Origin: Candidatus Latescibacterota bacterium
Lineage (GTDB): Bacteria > Latescibacterota > UBA2968
Direction of reading: 5' to 3'
Assembly: GCA_965207885.1 (NCBI GenBank)
Contig: OZ242311.1
Span: forward strand, 1,952,001 to 2,016,000
Length of the DNA: 64,000 nucleotides
Shown: piece by piece, positions 52,925 through 63,148 of the stretch
How the letters are laid out: every line of letters starts with the position of its first letter
Numbering within the stretch: position 1 is the stretch's first letter
Made by a program: the position numbers and the translations under genes
The notes under the pieces: generated by a model
What the model was told of the DNA's origin: nothing
The model's database searches: none
The model's input: the letters and a program-made list of their open reading frames with translations, nothing else

Positions 52925-52982
52925 GTAGGGGCGAAAATTTTTTCGCCCGTCCATAATGTAGGGGCAACCCTCGTGGTTGCCC
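52925..52982 (+). repeat. Two GTAG-type REP palindromes
   Basis: GTAGGGGCGAAAATTTTTTCGCCC and GTAGGGGCAACCCTCGTGGTTGCCC. Confidence 0.75.
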
Positions 52983-53072
52983 GTGTTCATGGGCAGACCG
53001 CATTAACACAACAGGCCGGGATGTTCCGCGGGGGCGGGATGTCCTGTTTTTTTTACATACGAGACATGAGAG

Positions 53073-56000
53073 ATGAGTTTTGGCACCCTTTATATCGTTC
53101 AGGGTATTTTATTTTTTTTAGCCTGTGTTGTGACGGCACACGCACAGGTTCCCGTGCCGGAGAAGTTTACGTTGTTCGATGGGGAACGGGTGTTTCAATC
53201 GGATGGGAGCCGCGGGCCTTTTTCGATTTCCGACCGCGCCATTGAGGCGGCGAGTGAACGGGTTTGGGTGGATGGGGTGTTGCTCGTTCGGGATCGGGAT
53301 TATGTAGTGGATGCCGATCGCGCGTTGCTGACGCTTTTGCGGGATGTTGTGCGGGGTGTGGAGATTGTGGTGCGTTTTAGACAGCGTCCTCTGGTGACCG
53401 CGCCTGTGGTTCAGCGTCGCCAGTTTCAACCGGGGAAAGGTAGTGGGGATCAACCGATTGTGCGCGTGTTTTCTCCTCCTGTTGTGCGAGATAGGGATGA
53501 GGAGCAGAAGTTGACGATTGGTGGTCATAAGAGTATTTCTGTGACCGCGGGATCTCAACACGCGGTTCATCAAGCTTTGCAGTTGCGTATTTCGGGCGAG
53601 GTTGCCGAGGGGGTCAATTTATTGACCGTGCTGTCCGATCGCAATTTGCCAATAGGCGAGCAGGGGGGATCAAAGCGGTTGCAGGAATTGGATCGCGTGT
53701 TTTTTCAGGTTGACGCCGATCAGGTATCGGCTACGCTCGGCGATCTCGATGTGGCGTTTGACGGGACTGTGTTTGGGCGCTATCGGAGGCAGTTGCAGGG
53801 CGCGCGCGTGTTGGCCCATCGGGAGAAGGGGCAGGTTGCGGTTTTTGGGGCGGTGTCGCGGGGGCGTTGGGAAACGCGACGGCTGGTGACGGTTGAGGGG
53901 TTTCAGGGACCTTATTCTTTGTCGGGTGGCGGGTTGAGAGGACAAATTGTGCCGGAGTCTGAGCGCGTGTATCTCAATGGGCGATTGCTCACCCGCGGGG
54001 ATGGGGCAGATTATACGATTGATTACGAGCGCGGGCATGTGGCGTTTATGCCTGAGATACCAATTGGGGTGGAGAGCCGCGTTACAGTGGAGTATCAGGT
54101 GATTGATGCCGGTATGAGAAGCCGGCTGATGGGTATGGAGTCCCGCGTGTCGCTCGGTGAAGGGATGTCTGTGGGGACAACGCTGATTCGAGAGTCTGAT
54201 CGTTCTGCATTGTCGCCTGGTCCTACTGCGGTGCAGCGGCAGTTGGGAGTGGTGTACGCGACGTACACGCCGTGGTCAAATGCGCGTATTTCTGGAGAGG
54301 TCGCCCTGAGTGATCGGGATTTGGGAAGTGGGCGCGGGGTTCGCATGGATGGTGCGTGGACAGGGCGAAATTTTGAAGTCACAGGGCGGTTTCGCCAGGT
54401 TGGGGCCGATTTTGAAGCATTTGAGCGATTGGACAGAGGGCGGGCGGCTGGACGATGGGGTTGGCAAGCCGATACTGCGCGAACTGCCCAACGCGAGGGC
54501 GAGATGGCTGTGCGTTGGGATTTGGGCAAGGCGCTTTCTGTTACCGGGGAATACGGACAGCATGTGGGTGTTTTGCGAACGGATCGGAAGAGTGTGGGGA
54601 TCCGTTCACCCGTGGGGATGTACCGCTATGAGTCGCTCGGGCGCAATAGCGGTGGGATGCGCCGGCATGAGGGGCAGGTTGAAGTGTCGATGGGGGAGGT
54701 TGTGCCGGGGTTCCGTTTTTCGCTGGAAAATGGGGTGGGCGATGGGGTGGGTAGCAGTTCGCTTTTTTATGCGGCGCGTCCGCGCGTTTTGCCCCAGGGC
54801 ATTGACAAACAGGAGTTGGTGTGGCACCTGGGCATTGGCGAAGGGCGGAATTGGTCGTGGATGTCAGAGTTGAAATACCGGAAGTTCAGGCAGCGAGAAA
54901 CGGTGTGGCAGGATAGTTTGCGCGGGTGGTTGCATACCCACAGGGCACAGGTGACAAATTGGAGGGGCTGGATTTTTTCGGGTTCTTATACGCACGGGGA
55001 AATTCAGATCGGGCGCGAACGTCGGCAGACGACGACGCATCTGGGGCGCGTGCGGTTGGGGCATAGTCGTCCCGGCGCGTCACATCAGATAACGTATCGC
55101 GTTTCGAGTACGCGGGTCAGTCAGCCCATTTTTGTCGAGGTGGCGTCCGGGCTGGGAGAATATATTTGGGAGGATGCCAATGGCGATGGTTTGCGCGATG
55201 TGGAAGAGTTTGTGCCCGATATCGATGGCGATTATGTGCGGGTTTATGATTACGGGCAGTTTGCTCCGGCTCGCGATGGCGCGCTGGGCATGCGCGTGGA
55301 GATTGATTTTCGGCGTTTGATTGGAGATGCGCACATTTTGTCCGCTGTTGCGCTGGATGCATCGCTGCGTACAGAGCGGCAGATTGCGATCGGGACAAGG
55401 CACGCGGCTCCCTGGGATTTGTTTGGTTTTGATGCGGGTGCTGGGATTTTGGGCGCTCGGAGAGACGGATTGGTGCGTCTTTATTTGTTTCGGTATCACA
55501 GACGGGGATCGCTGCGTTTGACTGCGCGCGTGCGCGATCAGGTCAATCGGGCGTTTTACGGAGGTGCTGCCGAATCTTTTGTGCAGGGTGGTGCGTTGGG
55601 AAAATTGAGGCCTGTCGATCGCCTTGAACTGGAGACGGAATTTGATTTGGAGCACAGAGCGCGCGAGGGTGCCGGTGCTTTTGCCTATCGCATTGATGGT
55701 GCGAGTAGTGCGTTGCGCTGTGCGTTCAGGTCTGCGCATAAATGGTATTTGCGTCTGGGCGTTTTGGGTGGGCGAGATTGGGAGCGCATCCGGGTGTTGC
55801 GCGCGTGGCATATCGGCGTTCAGCCAGAGGTGATTTACGCTTTGCCCGGTCGTGGGCGATTGCGCGGGCGGTTGGATTGGACGCGGGTTTGGGCGACGGA
55901 TACAGTGCCCTTATTTTTGGGGTTGGCAAGGGGTAATCGCCAGGGACAGAACTGGGCGTGGCGGTTGGGGATGGATTACCGTTTTGGCAAATATGTATCG

Positions 56001-56084
56001 GCGCGGGTGATGTACGATGGTCGCGTAAGACCTGCTCGTCAGACGATACATCTCGGGCGCGTGGAGATGCGGGCGGTATTTTAA
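53073..56084 (+). CDS. Large outer-membrane beta-barrel protein with SprA-like N-terminal modules
   Basis: Signal peptide AHA-Q; two SERV..(D/N)G.LL.R...DY..D modules; QGPYSL; amphipathic beta strands; C-terminal Phe (MRAVF). Confidence 0.6.
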   Translation: MSFGTLYIVQGILFFLACVVTAHAQVPVPEKFTLFDGERVFQSDGSRGPFSISDRAIEAASERVWVDGVLLVRDRDYVVDADRALLTLLRDVVRGVEIVVRFRQRPLVTAPVVQRRQFQPGKGSGDQPIVRVFSPPVVRDRDEEQKLTIGGHKSISVTAGSQHAVHQALQLRISGEVAEGVNLLTVLSDRNLPIGEQGGSKRLQELDRVFFQVDADQVSATLGDLDVAFDGTVFGRYRRQLQGARVLAHREKGQVAVFGAVSRGRWETRRLVTVEGFQGPYSLSGGGLRGQIVPESERVYLNGRLLTRGDGADYTIDYERGHVAFMPEIPIGVESRVTVEYQVIDAGMRSRLMGMESRVSLGEGMSVGTTLIRESDRSALSPGPTAVQRQLGVVYATYTPWSNARISGEVALSDRDLGSGRGVRMDGAWTGRNFEVTGRFRQVGADFEAFERLDRGRAAGRWGWQADTARTAQREGEMAVRWDLGKALSVTGEYGQHVGVLRTDRKSVGIRSPVGMYRYESLGRNSGGMRRHEGQVEVSMGEVVPGFRFSLENGVGDGVGSSSLFYAARPRVLPQGIDKQELVWHLGIGEGRNWSWMSELKYRKFRQRETVWQDSLRGWLHTHRAQVTNWRGWIFSGSYTHGEIQIGRERRQTTTHLGRVRLGHSRPGASHQITYRVSSTRVSQPIFVEVASGLGEYIWEDANGDGLRDVEEFVPDIDGDYVRVYDYGQFAPARDGALGMRVEIDFRRLIGDAHILSAVALDASLRTERQIAIGTRHAAPWDLFGFDAGAGILGARRDGLVRLYLFRYHRRGSLRLTARVRDQVNRAFYGGAAESFVQGGALGKLRPVDRLELETEFDLEHRAREGAGAFAYRIDGASSALRCAFRSAHKWYLRLGVLGGRDWERIRVLRAWHIGVQPEVIYALPGRGRLRGRLDWTRVWATDTVPLFLGLARGNRQGQNWAWRLGMDYRFGKYVSARVMYDGRVRPARQTIHLGRVEMRAVF

Positions 56085-56094
56085 TAAGTGTGAA

Positions 56095-57777
56095 GTGAGA
56101 AGACAAATGTGTGCGGATAAATACATAAGAGTGTGGCGGTATTTGCTTTTTGCGATTTGGATGGTCTGTGTCGCGTCCAGCGCGGGGGGAGGGGTGCGTG
56201 CGATTGTGAAGCGCGTGCAGGTTGAAGGTGCGCGGTCTGTAAGTGCGCGCGATGTGCGGGGTTGGCTGGTTACGCGGGAGGGTGTTGTGGTGGATTCGAC
56301 GTTGTTGCGAAAGGATGTTTCCCGCATTTTGAAGGGGTATCAGGCGCGTGGATTCTGGCATGTGGCGGTGGCCTTTCCCAGGGTTGCTATGCGCGGGGGC
56401 GACGCGGCGGTGGCTTTTGCGATTGTCGAAGGGGTGCGAACGCGGGTTGCGTCTGTGGATGTGCGCGGTGATTTGATCTTTGATCATTCAGATGTGCATT
56501 TGGCTTTTGGTCTGGCGCAGGGTATGGTGTTGCTTGAGAGCGATTTGAACCAGCGGTTGGATCATTTGTTGCGTTTTTATGAAGACCGGGGCTATCCGTT
56601 TTGCGCGTTGCGTCCAGATGTGCGATTTGACGACGATGGGGCGTGGGTGCAGGTGGTGGTGTCGCCCGGTCCTCTGGTGCATGTCGATACGGTGCGCTTT
56701 GAGGGCAATGAAACGACGCGGGAAGATGTTTTGTTGCGTCATATTTCGTTTGTTGCGGGCGAGGTCTATAACCAGCGTCGCGTGGATGCTTTTGTGAGGC
56801 AGTTGCAGAATTTGCCGTTTATTGACCGGGTTTATGCGCCCGAACTCGTATCTACCGGCGACGAGATGGCGCTTGTGATCGATTTGGAGGAGTCGCGCCA
56901 CACGCGCGTTGAAGGGGTGCTCGGTGTGGGGTCTGGACAGGGTTTGACCGGGGAGATTGCGATCGATGTTCTGAATTTTTCCGGTGGGGGACGAGAGGGG
57001 TACGCGCTGTGGTCGCGGCAGGGGGTGGGTTTGTCGAATTTGCGCGTGTCGTATCGCGAACCCTATGTTTTAAATAGTCCGCTTTCCGGTTGGGGTGCTG
57101 TGGAGATGGTTGCGCGTACGGGGTATGTGACGCATAAGTTTGGGGGAGGCGCTGATATTTCTGTGGGTGAGGGTGCGCGATTTTTCGGCGGGGTTGCACA
57201 CAGGCGCGTTTTGCCCGATTCCTCGGGGTTGGGATTCTTCGAGGCTGAGAGGATGTGGTCTATCGAGTCAGGTGTTCGATTTGATCGGCGAGGGCATGCT
57301 ATGGGCGGTTGGAAAGCGGAGTTCAGGGGAGAGGTCGGCGAGGTTTCTGATGGGATCAGGCGGGTGCAGTGGGGTGTTGATGGACAGGTGTTTTTGCCTG
57401 TGGGTCGGCAGTCTGTTGTTGCGGGTCGAGCGCGCGCTTTTTGGGTGGGACAAAAGGGGGATGTGCCGCAGGCTGCCGGCATCTGGCTGGGGGGCACACA
57501 ATCGCTGCGGGGGTACCGGGAAGAGATGTTCTGGGGAACGAATGCGGGGTGGGTTAATGTGGAATGGCGGTGGTTGCTGGGACCGAAAGCGCGGCTTTTT
57601 GCTTTTGTCGATGTGGGAAGGATCGCGGGGGCAGGAACGCGTTCATGGCCCGTGTCCTATGGCGTGGGTCTTTTGGCAAATGGACGTATGGGCGCAGTTG
57701 GGATAGATTATGGATTGCCTCGGGGCGAGAGTTTGGGACAGGGTATGGTGCATGTGCGGATGGTTAGTGCTTTTTAA
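56095..57777 (+). CDS. Omp85 (BamA/TamA) family outer-membrane protein with POTRA domains
   Basis: POTRA motifs Y...G(F/Y), FEGNETTR; SYREPY, GGTQSLRGY, FVDVG, C-terminal Phe; start uncertain. Confidence 0.85.
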   Translation: MRRQMCADKYIRVWRYLLFAIWMVCVASSAGGGVRAIVKRVQVEGARSVSARDVRGWLVTREGVVVDSTLLRKDVSRILKGYQARGFWHVAVAFPRVAMRGGDAAVAFAIVEGVRTRVASVDVRGDLIFDHSDVHLAFGLAQGMVLLESDLNQRLDHLLRFYEDRGYPFCALRPDVRFDDDGAWVQVVVSPGPLVHVDTVRFEGNETTREDVLLRHISFVAGEVYNQRRVDAFVRQLQNLPFIDRVYAPELVSTGDEMALVIDLEESRHTRVEGVLGVGSGQGLTGEIAIDVLNFSGGGREGYALWSRQGVGLSNLRVSYREPYVLNSPLSGWGAVEMVARTGYVTHKFGGGADISVGEGARFFGGVAHRRVLPDSSGLGFFEAERMWSIESGVRFDRRGHAMGGWKAEFRGEVGEVSDGIRRVQWGVDGQVFLPVGRQSVVAGRARAFWVGQKGDVPQAAGIWLGGTQSLRGYREEMFWGTNAGWVNVEWRWLLGPKARLFAFVDVGRIAGAGTRSWPVSYGVGLLANGRMGAVGIDYGLPRGESLGQGMVHVRMVSAF

Positions 57778-57853
57778 TTTGTGTGACATTTGCGCGTAGA
57801 GTATATTCTGAGGCGCACGAAATTCGTATGCAATTATTCACAGGGAGGACCTT

Positions 57854-59785
57854 ATGTTGAACAGGATTCGCAGTATCATGCTGGTAACACTTGCCGTGGG
57901 TCTCATGTGGGGCTGTGGCGGTGAGCGCGGGATGGAGTCTTCCGGGGTAGATGAGCAGATTGGACATCCGCTGAGTAAAATGGCTGTAGCGGGTGGTGGT
58001 ATGTCTCAAGCGACGGTGGTGGCGACTGTGTCGCAAGATGATGCGCCTGTGGCAGGTGTGATGGTCGAGTTTGCGCGTTCTGTTGCCGGGCAGGTGCCCG
58101 ATTATCAGTGGTCGGGTATGACCGATGATATGGGGCGCGTTACGGTGGAGATATCCGGTCTGGCGACGGGATATTATCAGGCGCGTGCGTCTCAGGATGG
58201 CTCTGTGATAGGGAGCTGGTCGAGTATTCCGATCAATGGGGGCTATACGTCAACAGTTGCGTTGCCCATTGGTGGGATGGCACAGGTGACGGGTACGTCT
58301 AAACTCATATCAGTTGGCCTGGTCGTGTCCAAAACAGGGCGATTATCCGAGACTGGGCAGGGGTTTATCAATGGCTTTGAAATGGCGCTCGAAGAGGTGA
58401 ACTCACAATTGAGTGATGTGAGTTTGAGGTTTATTGTCGAGGATGATCAGAGTACTATAGAAGGCGCTACTGCGGCGTATAATAAACTTATTCATGAAGA
58501 TGGCGTGCCAGTTATTCTCGGTGTTTATACTTCTACCATGGTGCGTGCGGTTTTTCCCATTGCACAGGAAAATGAAGTCGTGGCGATTAGTCCCACTTCG
58601 GCTGCACGCGGTCTCAGCGCGATTGGCGATTTTGTTTTTCGCGTCGCCCTTACTGTTGATGCGCTGATTCCGTGGAGTGTAAAACTAACTCGGGAAAAAC
58701 TGGGCTATGAGCGCGTGGTTACGATGTATCAAAGCATGGATGTTTTTTCGCAGAGTAGCGATGAGGTGTTGAAAAGTGCCTTTAGTGAGAACGGGGTCGA
58801 GGTTCTGACTACTGAGACTTTTGAAACCGGCGCTATGGATCTTTCCGAGCAATTTTCCAGGATTGTGGCACTGAATCCAGATGCGATTTTTGTTTCGGCT
58901 ATATCAGCAGGGCGGACACAGGCTCTGATTGATGGGGGACAACACGGTATTCCTATCCTGATGCCCCTGCTCACTATGGATGAGGTAGAACGCGCCGGGG
59001 AGGCAGCTGAGGGGGCAATTAGTTTTACGTATTGGAGCAGTACGGGCAATGTGCCGGCCAATCGCGCCTTTGTTGAGAATTATATGACGAAATACGGTGC
59101 CGCGCCGGGCCGATTCGCCGCCGTGTCCTACGCGACGGTTCACATTTTGGCAAAGGCGATTGCAGATGCCCCGTCCTCCGATTCGCGCGCGATTCGGGAC
59201 GCATTGGCTCAAATCGAGAATTTGGATACGATTTTGGGTTCGTTCTCATTTGACGCCAATGGAGATGCGATTTACGATCCGGCTGTTCTGATTGTCAAGG
59301 ATGGGAAATTTGAGGTTTTTGATACAAAAACTGCCATGATTGCGACTGCGACAATCGGCGAGACGAACGAAAGCGGTGTGGCTGGAAAAGCGGTTTTCAC
59401 ACAAACCGGCGATAATATCAAGCTAGTCGTTTCGCTCGCTAATGCGTCCGCAGGCGAACACGCTGTCCATATCCACACAACTGGCGATTGCAGTGCCCCA
59501 GACGGGAAATCGGCTGGCGGGCACTGGAATCCCACTGGCGTTGCACACGGAAAATGGGGAGAAGGTGAATTTCACCTCGGCGACATTGGCAATATGACTG
59601 TCGATGATCAAGGCATGGGGAAGATTGAATTGACGACAAATCTTTGGGAGATGAACACTGGCTCAGACATAGATATTGTTGGAAAAGCGATCATCGTCCA
59701 TGCGGGTGCTGATGATTTTGTCTCACAACCTTCGGGCAATGCTGGCGCACGCATCGGTTGCGGTGTGATTGAGTTAGGACAGTAA
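57854..59785 (+). CDS. Lipoprotein: Ig-like domain + branched-chain amino acid ABC substrate-binding domain + Cu/Zn superoxide dismutase
   Basis: Lipobox MWGC; LivJ-like region (VEDDQS, ILG, SPTS, GDFVFR, FSFDANGD); SodC motifs HAVHIH, GDCS, AGGHWNP, HLGDIGN, IIVHAGADD, GNAGARIGCGVI. Confidence 0.88.
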   Translation: MLNRIRSIMLVTLAVGLMWGCGGERGMESSGVDEQIGHPLSKMAVAGGGMSQATVVATVSQDDAPVAGVMVEFARSVAGQVPDYQWSGMTDDMGRVTVEISGLATGYYQARASQDGSVIGSWSSIPINGGYTSTVALPIGGMAQVTGTSKLISVGLVVSKTGRLSETGQGFINGFEMALEEVNSQLSDVSLRFIVEDDQSTIEGATAAYNKLIHEDGVPVILGVYTSTMVRAVFPIAQENEVVAISPTSAARGLSAIGDFVFRVALTVDALIPWSVKLTREKLGYERVVTMYQSMDVFSQSSDEVLKSAFSENGVEVLTTETFETGAMDLSEQFSRIVALNPDAIFVSAISAGRTQALIDGGQHGIPILMPLLTMDEVERAGEAAEGAISFTYWSSTGNVPANRAFVENYMTKYGAAPGRFAAVSYATVHILAKAIADAPSSDSRAIRDALAQIENLDTILGSFSFDANGDAIYDPAVLIVKDGKFEVFDTKTAMIATATIGETNESGVAGKAVFTQTGDNIKLVVSLANASAGEHAVHIHTTGDCSAPDGKSAGGHWNPTGVAHGKWGEGEFHLGDIGNMTVDDQGMGKIELTTNLWEMNTGSDIDIVGKAIIVHAGADDFVSQPSGNAGARIGCGVIELGQ

Positions 59786-59806
59786 TAGGAGACAGAAAGT
59801 TTTGTT

Positions 59807-59836
59807 AAGCCGTCACATTGTGTGGCGGCTTTTTTA
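59807..59836 (+). terminator. Intrinsic terminator
   Basis: AAGCCGTCACA-TTG-TGTGGCGGCTT followed by a T tract. Confidence 0.8.
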
Positions 59837-62800
59837 TTAAAGCAGCAAACTGTCACGACCCCAATCTTTCGCCCCATTTCTAAGAGCCACAGGTTTTCCA
59901 CCCACCGGTTTGCCAAATCCCTGTGCAAAAATCAGAAAATCGCTGAATCCCACCATCCCATTGCCATCCATATCGTATTTTGCGTCAAAACCCGCATCAC
60001 CCTCCGACAGACCAAATTTGCTGGTAAAAAGCAAAAAATCCGTGAACCCGATTATACCGTCCCCATCAAAATCCAGATTTACATCACCAATACCTGTTCC
60101 CGATACCAGTTTCACCTCTACGCTCTTGCCATCCTGACAAATAAAAGCCACAACCGTCTGATCCTCGTTCTCCTCTACAATCTCTACCAGATCATAGGAC
60201 TGATCCAAACGCCATTTTCCGCGCACTGTCACCTCTACCTTCCGCGGCTCACTCGGCTGATTGACAATCAACGAGCCGTATTGGTGTGGGTCTTGAATGG
60301 TCCAACTCCACCCAAAATCCGGGTCAGCCACCGAAAGCAATAACCCATCACCTATCTCGCGGGTCATCACCAAACTCGGCAAAGACACAGACACAATAGC
60401 TCCATCCTTCGGCCTCGCATCCGTATCGAACAGCGCATAACCCGTAGCCTTCATCCCGCGATGATACACAATATGTGCCTTGTGGTCTCTCTGCCACACA
60501 TCGTATTCCGGCGCACTCGCAAACGCACGCACTTGACCAGGCGACCTCTGCACCAGCACGGCATAGTGATATGACGCACCTTGAGGCATAGGACCGTGAT
60601 CCAGATACGCCAATTCAAAAGTTCCTGTACCACCCTCTCTGCCAAAATCTCCAGAAGTTTGTACCTGACGCTGCACCCGCAAGTCGCCCCCATCTGGAAC
60701 CACATAGCCATTACCCCGTGAATCCATAAGCCACGCAGTCTGTCCCGTTGCTCCCGAAAATGTATAGGGAATCCCCCGCACACTTTCCCCATTCACCCCC
60801 GTAGGACGATCCTCAGAAATAGCCGCCTGAAACAGAGGCGTCACAGTCGCATGCCCGCCATCATCATTCTCAATACCAGAACCCAGACAAACCAGCACAT
60901 CGTCAAAACAGAACACCGTCTTAACCGCCCGAAAACTCGTATTGAACCTCGTATCGTGCAACTTCAGCGCGAACACGCCATCTTGCCCTTTCAGATTCAC
61001 CCCACCCACAAAAGTCTCATCCGAAAAATTGCGATCGCGTCCCTCGTGTTTGAGCTGCTCATGACTCAAGCGAATCACCGTCGTACCCGGCCACATGCTC
61101 CAATCCCATCCCTCCCGCACAATCCCGCTCGCCTCGCGACCAACCGGATCGCCACTGCCGTAAATCAGCATCGAACCATAGCTCAAATAACGACCGAGTT
61201 GATTTTCACCACCGGCTGACGACTCATAATCCCACACATATTTACTCCACCCCTTCATACTCACCATCCAGTCCCCACGCCTATGGATGGACAACGCACC
61301 ATAAGGCAATGTCCAGTGCCCAGACGGCGGAGCGGCAGGTGCGTGCCCTGCCGCTGCAAAATCCGTCATCATCTGCATCGCACCCGGCGTGTGCAAATAC
61401 ATGATTCGAGCAGCTACCTGTTCAAACAAACGTTCTATCACTAACTGCGATTGAGGTCTCCAAAGCTGCATGAACGCGCCAGACAATTCTGCATCCACCG
61501 AAGGATAGCTCAAAGCCATATACATATACGCTGGCAAAAGACCACCGGTTATCGTTACCGTTGTACTGAGCGGGAAGCGACCATTAATAGCTGTTGAAAT
61601 ATCATACGTATTCGCCATAATCCTGGACGTCAACAGCGCCTGCTTCAAATTATCGCGCTTATCATCCGCAACTGCAAAAGGCGTATCGTGCAACAAATAC
61701 ACCAGCACAGAAGCCACATGAAAAGCCTTCGGCGCATACGCATTGGCATAGATACCCCGATGGTGAAAACCCACAAAATCCGGCTTAATCGTATCCAACC
61801 ACCCAGGTGCAATAGATAGTGCATTATTCAACCATGCAATATAGCGGCGCATATTCGCCACCTTCTCGGGCGAATCGTCCATCATCAAAATGCACAACAA
61901 CCGATACAGCGCTACCGTACGCAAAAAATCTGCATTTGTGCCCGGATCCCAGGTCTGTTCATACAACTCGCCAAACATGCTATACCATTTCAAACTCGCC
62001 AATTCTCGTTCCAACCGATCTGTATCCTCCAGAATATCCCGCATCAAATACACCGCATGGGCATAGCTTGCAATCCGCAAAAACTCGTGATGCAACGCGC
62101 CAACACCACTGCCATCTGCCCATCCCTGATCGTGCAGATAATCGAAAACATCTATCACCCGGTCTCTCGCCTCCTCATTGCCATTCAACCGATAATCCAG
62201 CACCAGACGCAACAAAACACCCTGAAAAACACTCTGAAAAAGAGGCTTATAGGGTGACCGCTCAGCAAAGAGTGGGGTTCCCAAAATGCGGTCGCCCTCG
62301 CGTCGAATCTCGTAATCTGTTAGATTGCTATGCCCTCGCCTTATATAGGCTGTAAGCTCATTAAGCCGAATCCGCACAGGCTCCCGCTGGTCATCCTTCA
62401 CCCTGTTACCGAACACCCAGCTCTCATATCGTGCGGCAATCGTCTCAAAAGCCTGCCTCTCATCATCGGTGATCTGCGAAGGAAGCGGACCCGGCAATGT
62501 GTTCAAACTCCACCGATATTCGCGGCTCCTACCTGCACTATTCGCATTGACAAAGGGAACCTGTGCATCTGGAGATCGTCTGGGGTGAATCCTCTCCACC
62601 AACTCCATCAAATCCAGATAAACAGCTCCGCTATTCGGTGCCCTAATTTCAAATGCAGTCACACGTCCATTTCTCGGACCCGTATAAGAATTATTCCGCG
62701 CATCATCCCGCAAATGGATCCACATCGCCCGCCAGCCCGTAAAATTCAAGCCAAACTGAAATTGGTAACGCGGATTATTTGCCGACAACTCAGACTCTGT

Positions 62801-63127
62801 TCCAAACCCAAACGTCAGCACCTCATCGAGAGCCTCCTCGTTATACACCCACGCCCGAAAACCGTTCAGCGTCCGATTGCGTTGTGTTGCCGGATCCGTG
62901 AACACAAGCCGCCCATTATTCTGCCATGCCCACTTCAGAGATTGTGCTCCTCCCTTGTAACGCCTCGTCGAAAGCGAAACCTGACTGCCTGAATCTGCCC
63001 GATAGGCCGCCGACAGCGTCGTCCCCTCAAAACTGTAGTGCCACGGTGTATTCTGTGCCATCGCAACGTTAACCATCCCAATTACAACGTTTATAAAAAT
63101 AATTATCCATCTCTGCAAGTCCATCAC
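59837..63127 (-). CDS. Chondroitinase ABC-like polysaccharide lyase (PL8) with C-terminal EF-hand/dockerin-like domain
   Basis: GLNFTGWR, DQGWADGS, IKPD...HH...Y, HRRGDWMV, GRYLSYGS, GWDWSMWPGTT; DFDGDGIIGFTDF / DMDGNGMVGFSDF. Confidence 0.88.
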   Translation of the reverse strand: MMDLQRWIIIFINVVIGMVNVAMAQNTPWHYSFEGTTLSAAYRADSGSQVSLSTRRYKGGAQSLKWAWQNNGRLVFTDPATQRNRTLNGFRAWVYNEEALDEVLTFGFGTESELSANNPRYQFQFGLNFTGWRAMWIHLRDDARNNSYTGPRNGRVTAFEIRAPNSGAVYLDLMELVERIHPRRSPDAQVPFVNANSAGRSREYRWSLNTLPGPLPSQITDDERQAFETIAARYESWVFGNRVKDDQREPVRIRLNELTAYIRRGHSNLTDYEIRREGDRILGTPLFAERSPYKPLFQSVFQGVLLRLVLDYRLNGNEEARDRVIDVFDYLHDQGWADGSGVGALHHEFLRIASYAHAVYLMRDILEDTDRLERELASLKWYSMFGELYEQTWDPGTNADFLRTVALYRLLCILMMDDSPEKVANMRRYIAWLNNALSIAPGWLDTIKPDFVGFHHRGIYANAYAPKAFHVASVLVYLLHDTPFAVADDKRDNLKQALLTSRIMANTYDISTAINGRFPLSTTVTITGGLLPAYMYMALSYPSVDAELSGAFMQLWRPQSQLVIERLFEQVAARIMYLHTPGAMQMMTDFAAAGHAPAAPPSGHWTLPYGALSIHRRGDWMVSMKGWSKYVWDYESSAGGENQLGRYLSYGSMLIYGSGDPVGREASGIVREGWDWSMWPGTTVIRLSHEQLKHEGRDRNFSDETFVGGVNLKGQDGVFALKLHDTRFNTSFRAVKTVFCFDDVLVCLGSGIENDDGGHATVTPLFQAAISEDRPTGVNGESVRGIPYTFSGATGQTAWLMDSRGNGYVVPDGGDLRVQRQVQTSGDFGREGGTGTFELAYLDHGPMPQGASYHYAVLVQRSPGQVRAFASAPEYDVWQRDHKAHIVYHRGMKATGYALFDTDARPKDGAIVSVSLPSLVMTREIGDGLLLSVADPDFGWSWTIQDPHQYGSLIVNQPSEPRKVEVTVRGKWRLDQSYDLVEIVEENEDQTVVAFICQDGKSVEVKLVSGTGIGDVNLDFDGDGIIGFTDFLLFTSKFGLSEGDAGFDAKYDMDGNGMVGFSDFLIFAQGFGKPVGGKPVALRNGAKDWGRDSLLL

Positions 63128-63148
63128 AAGCCCCTTTGCATTTCATAA

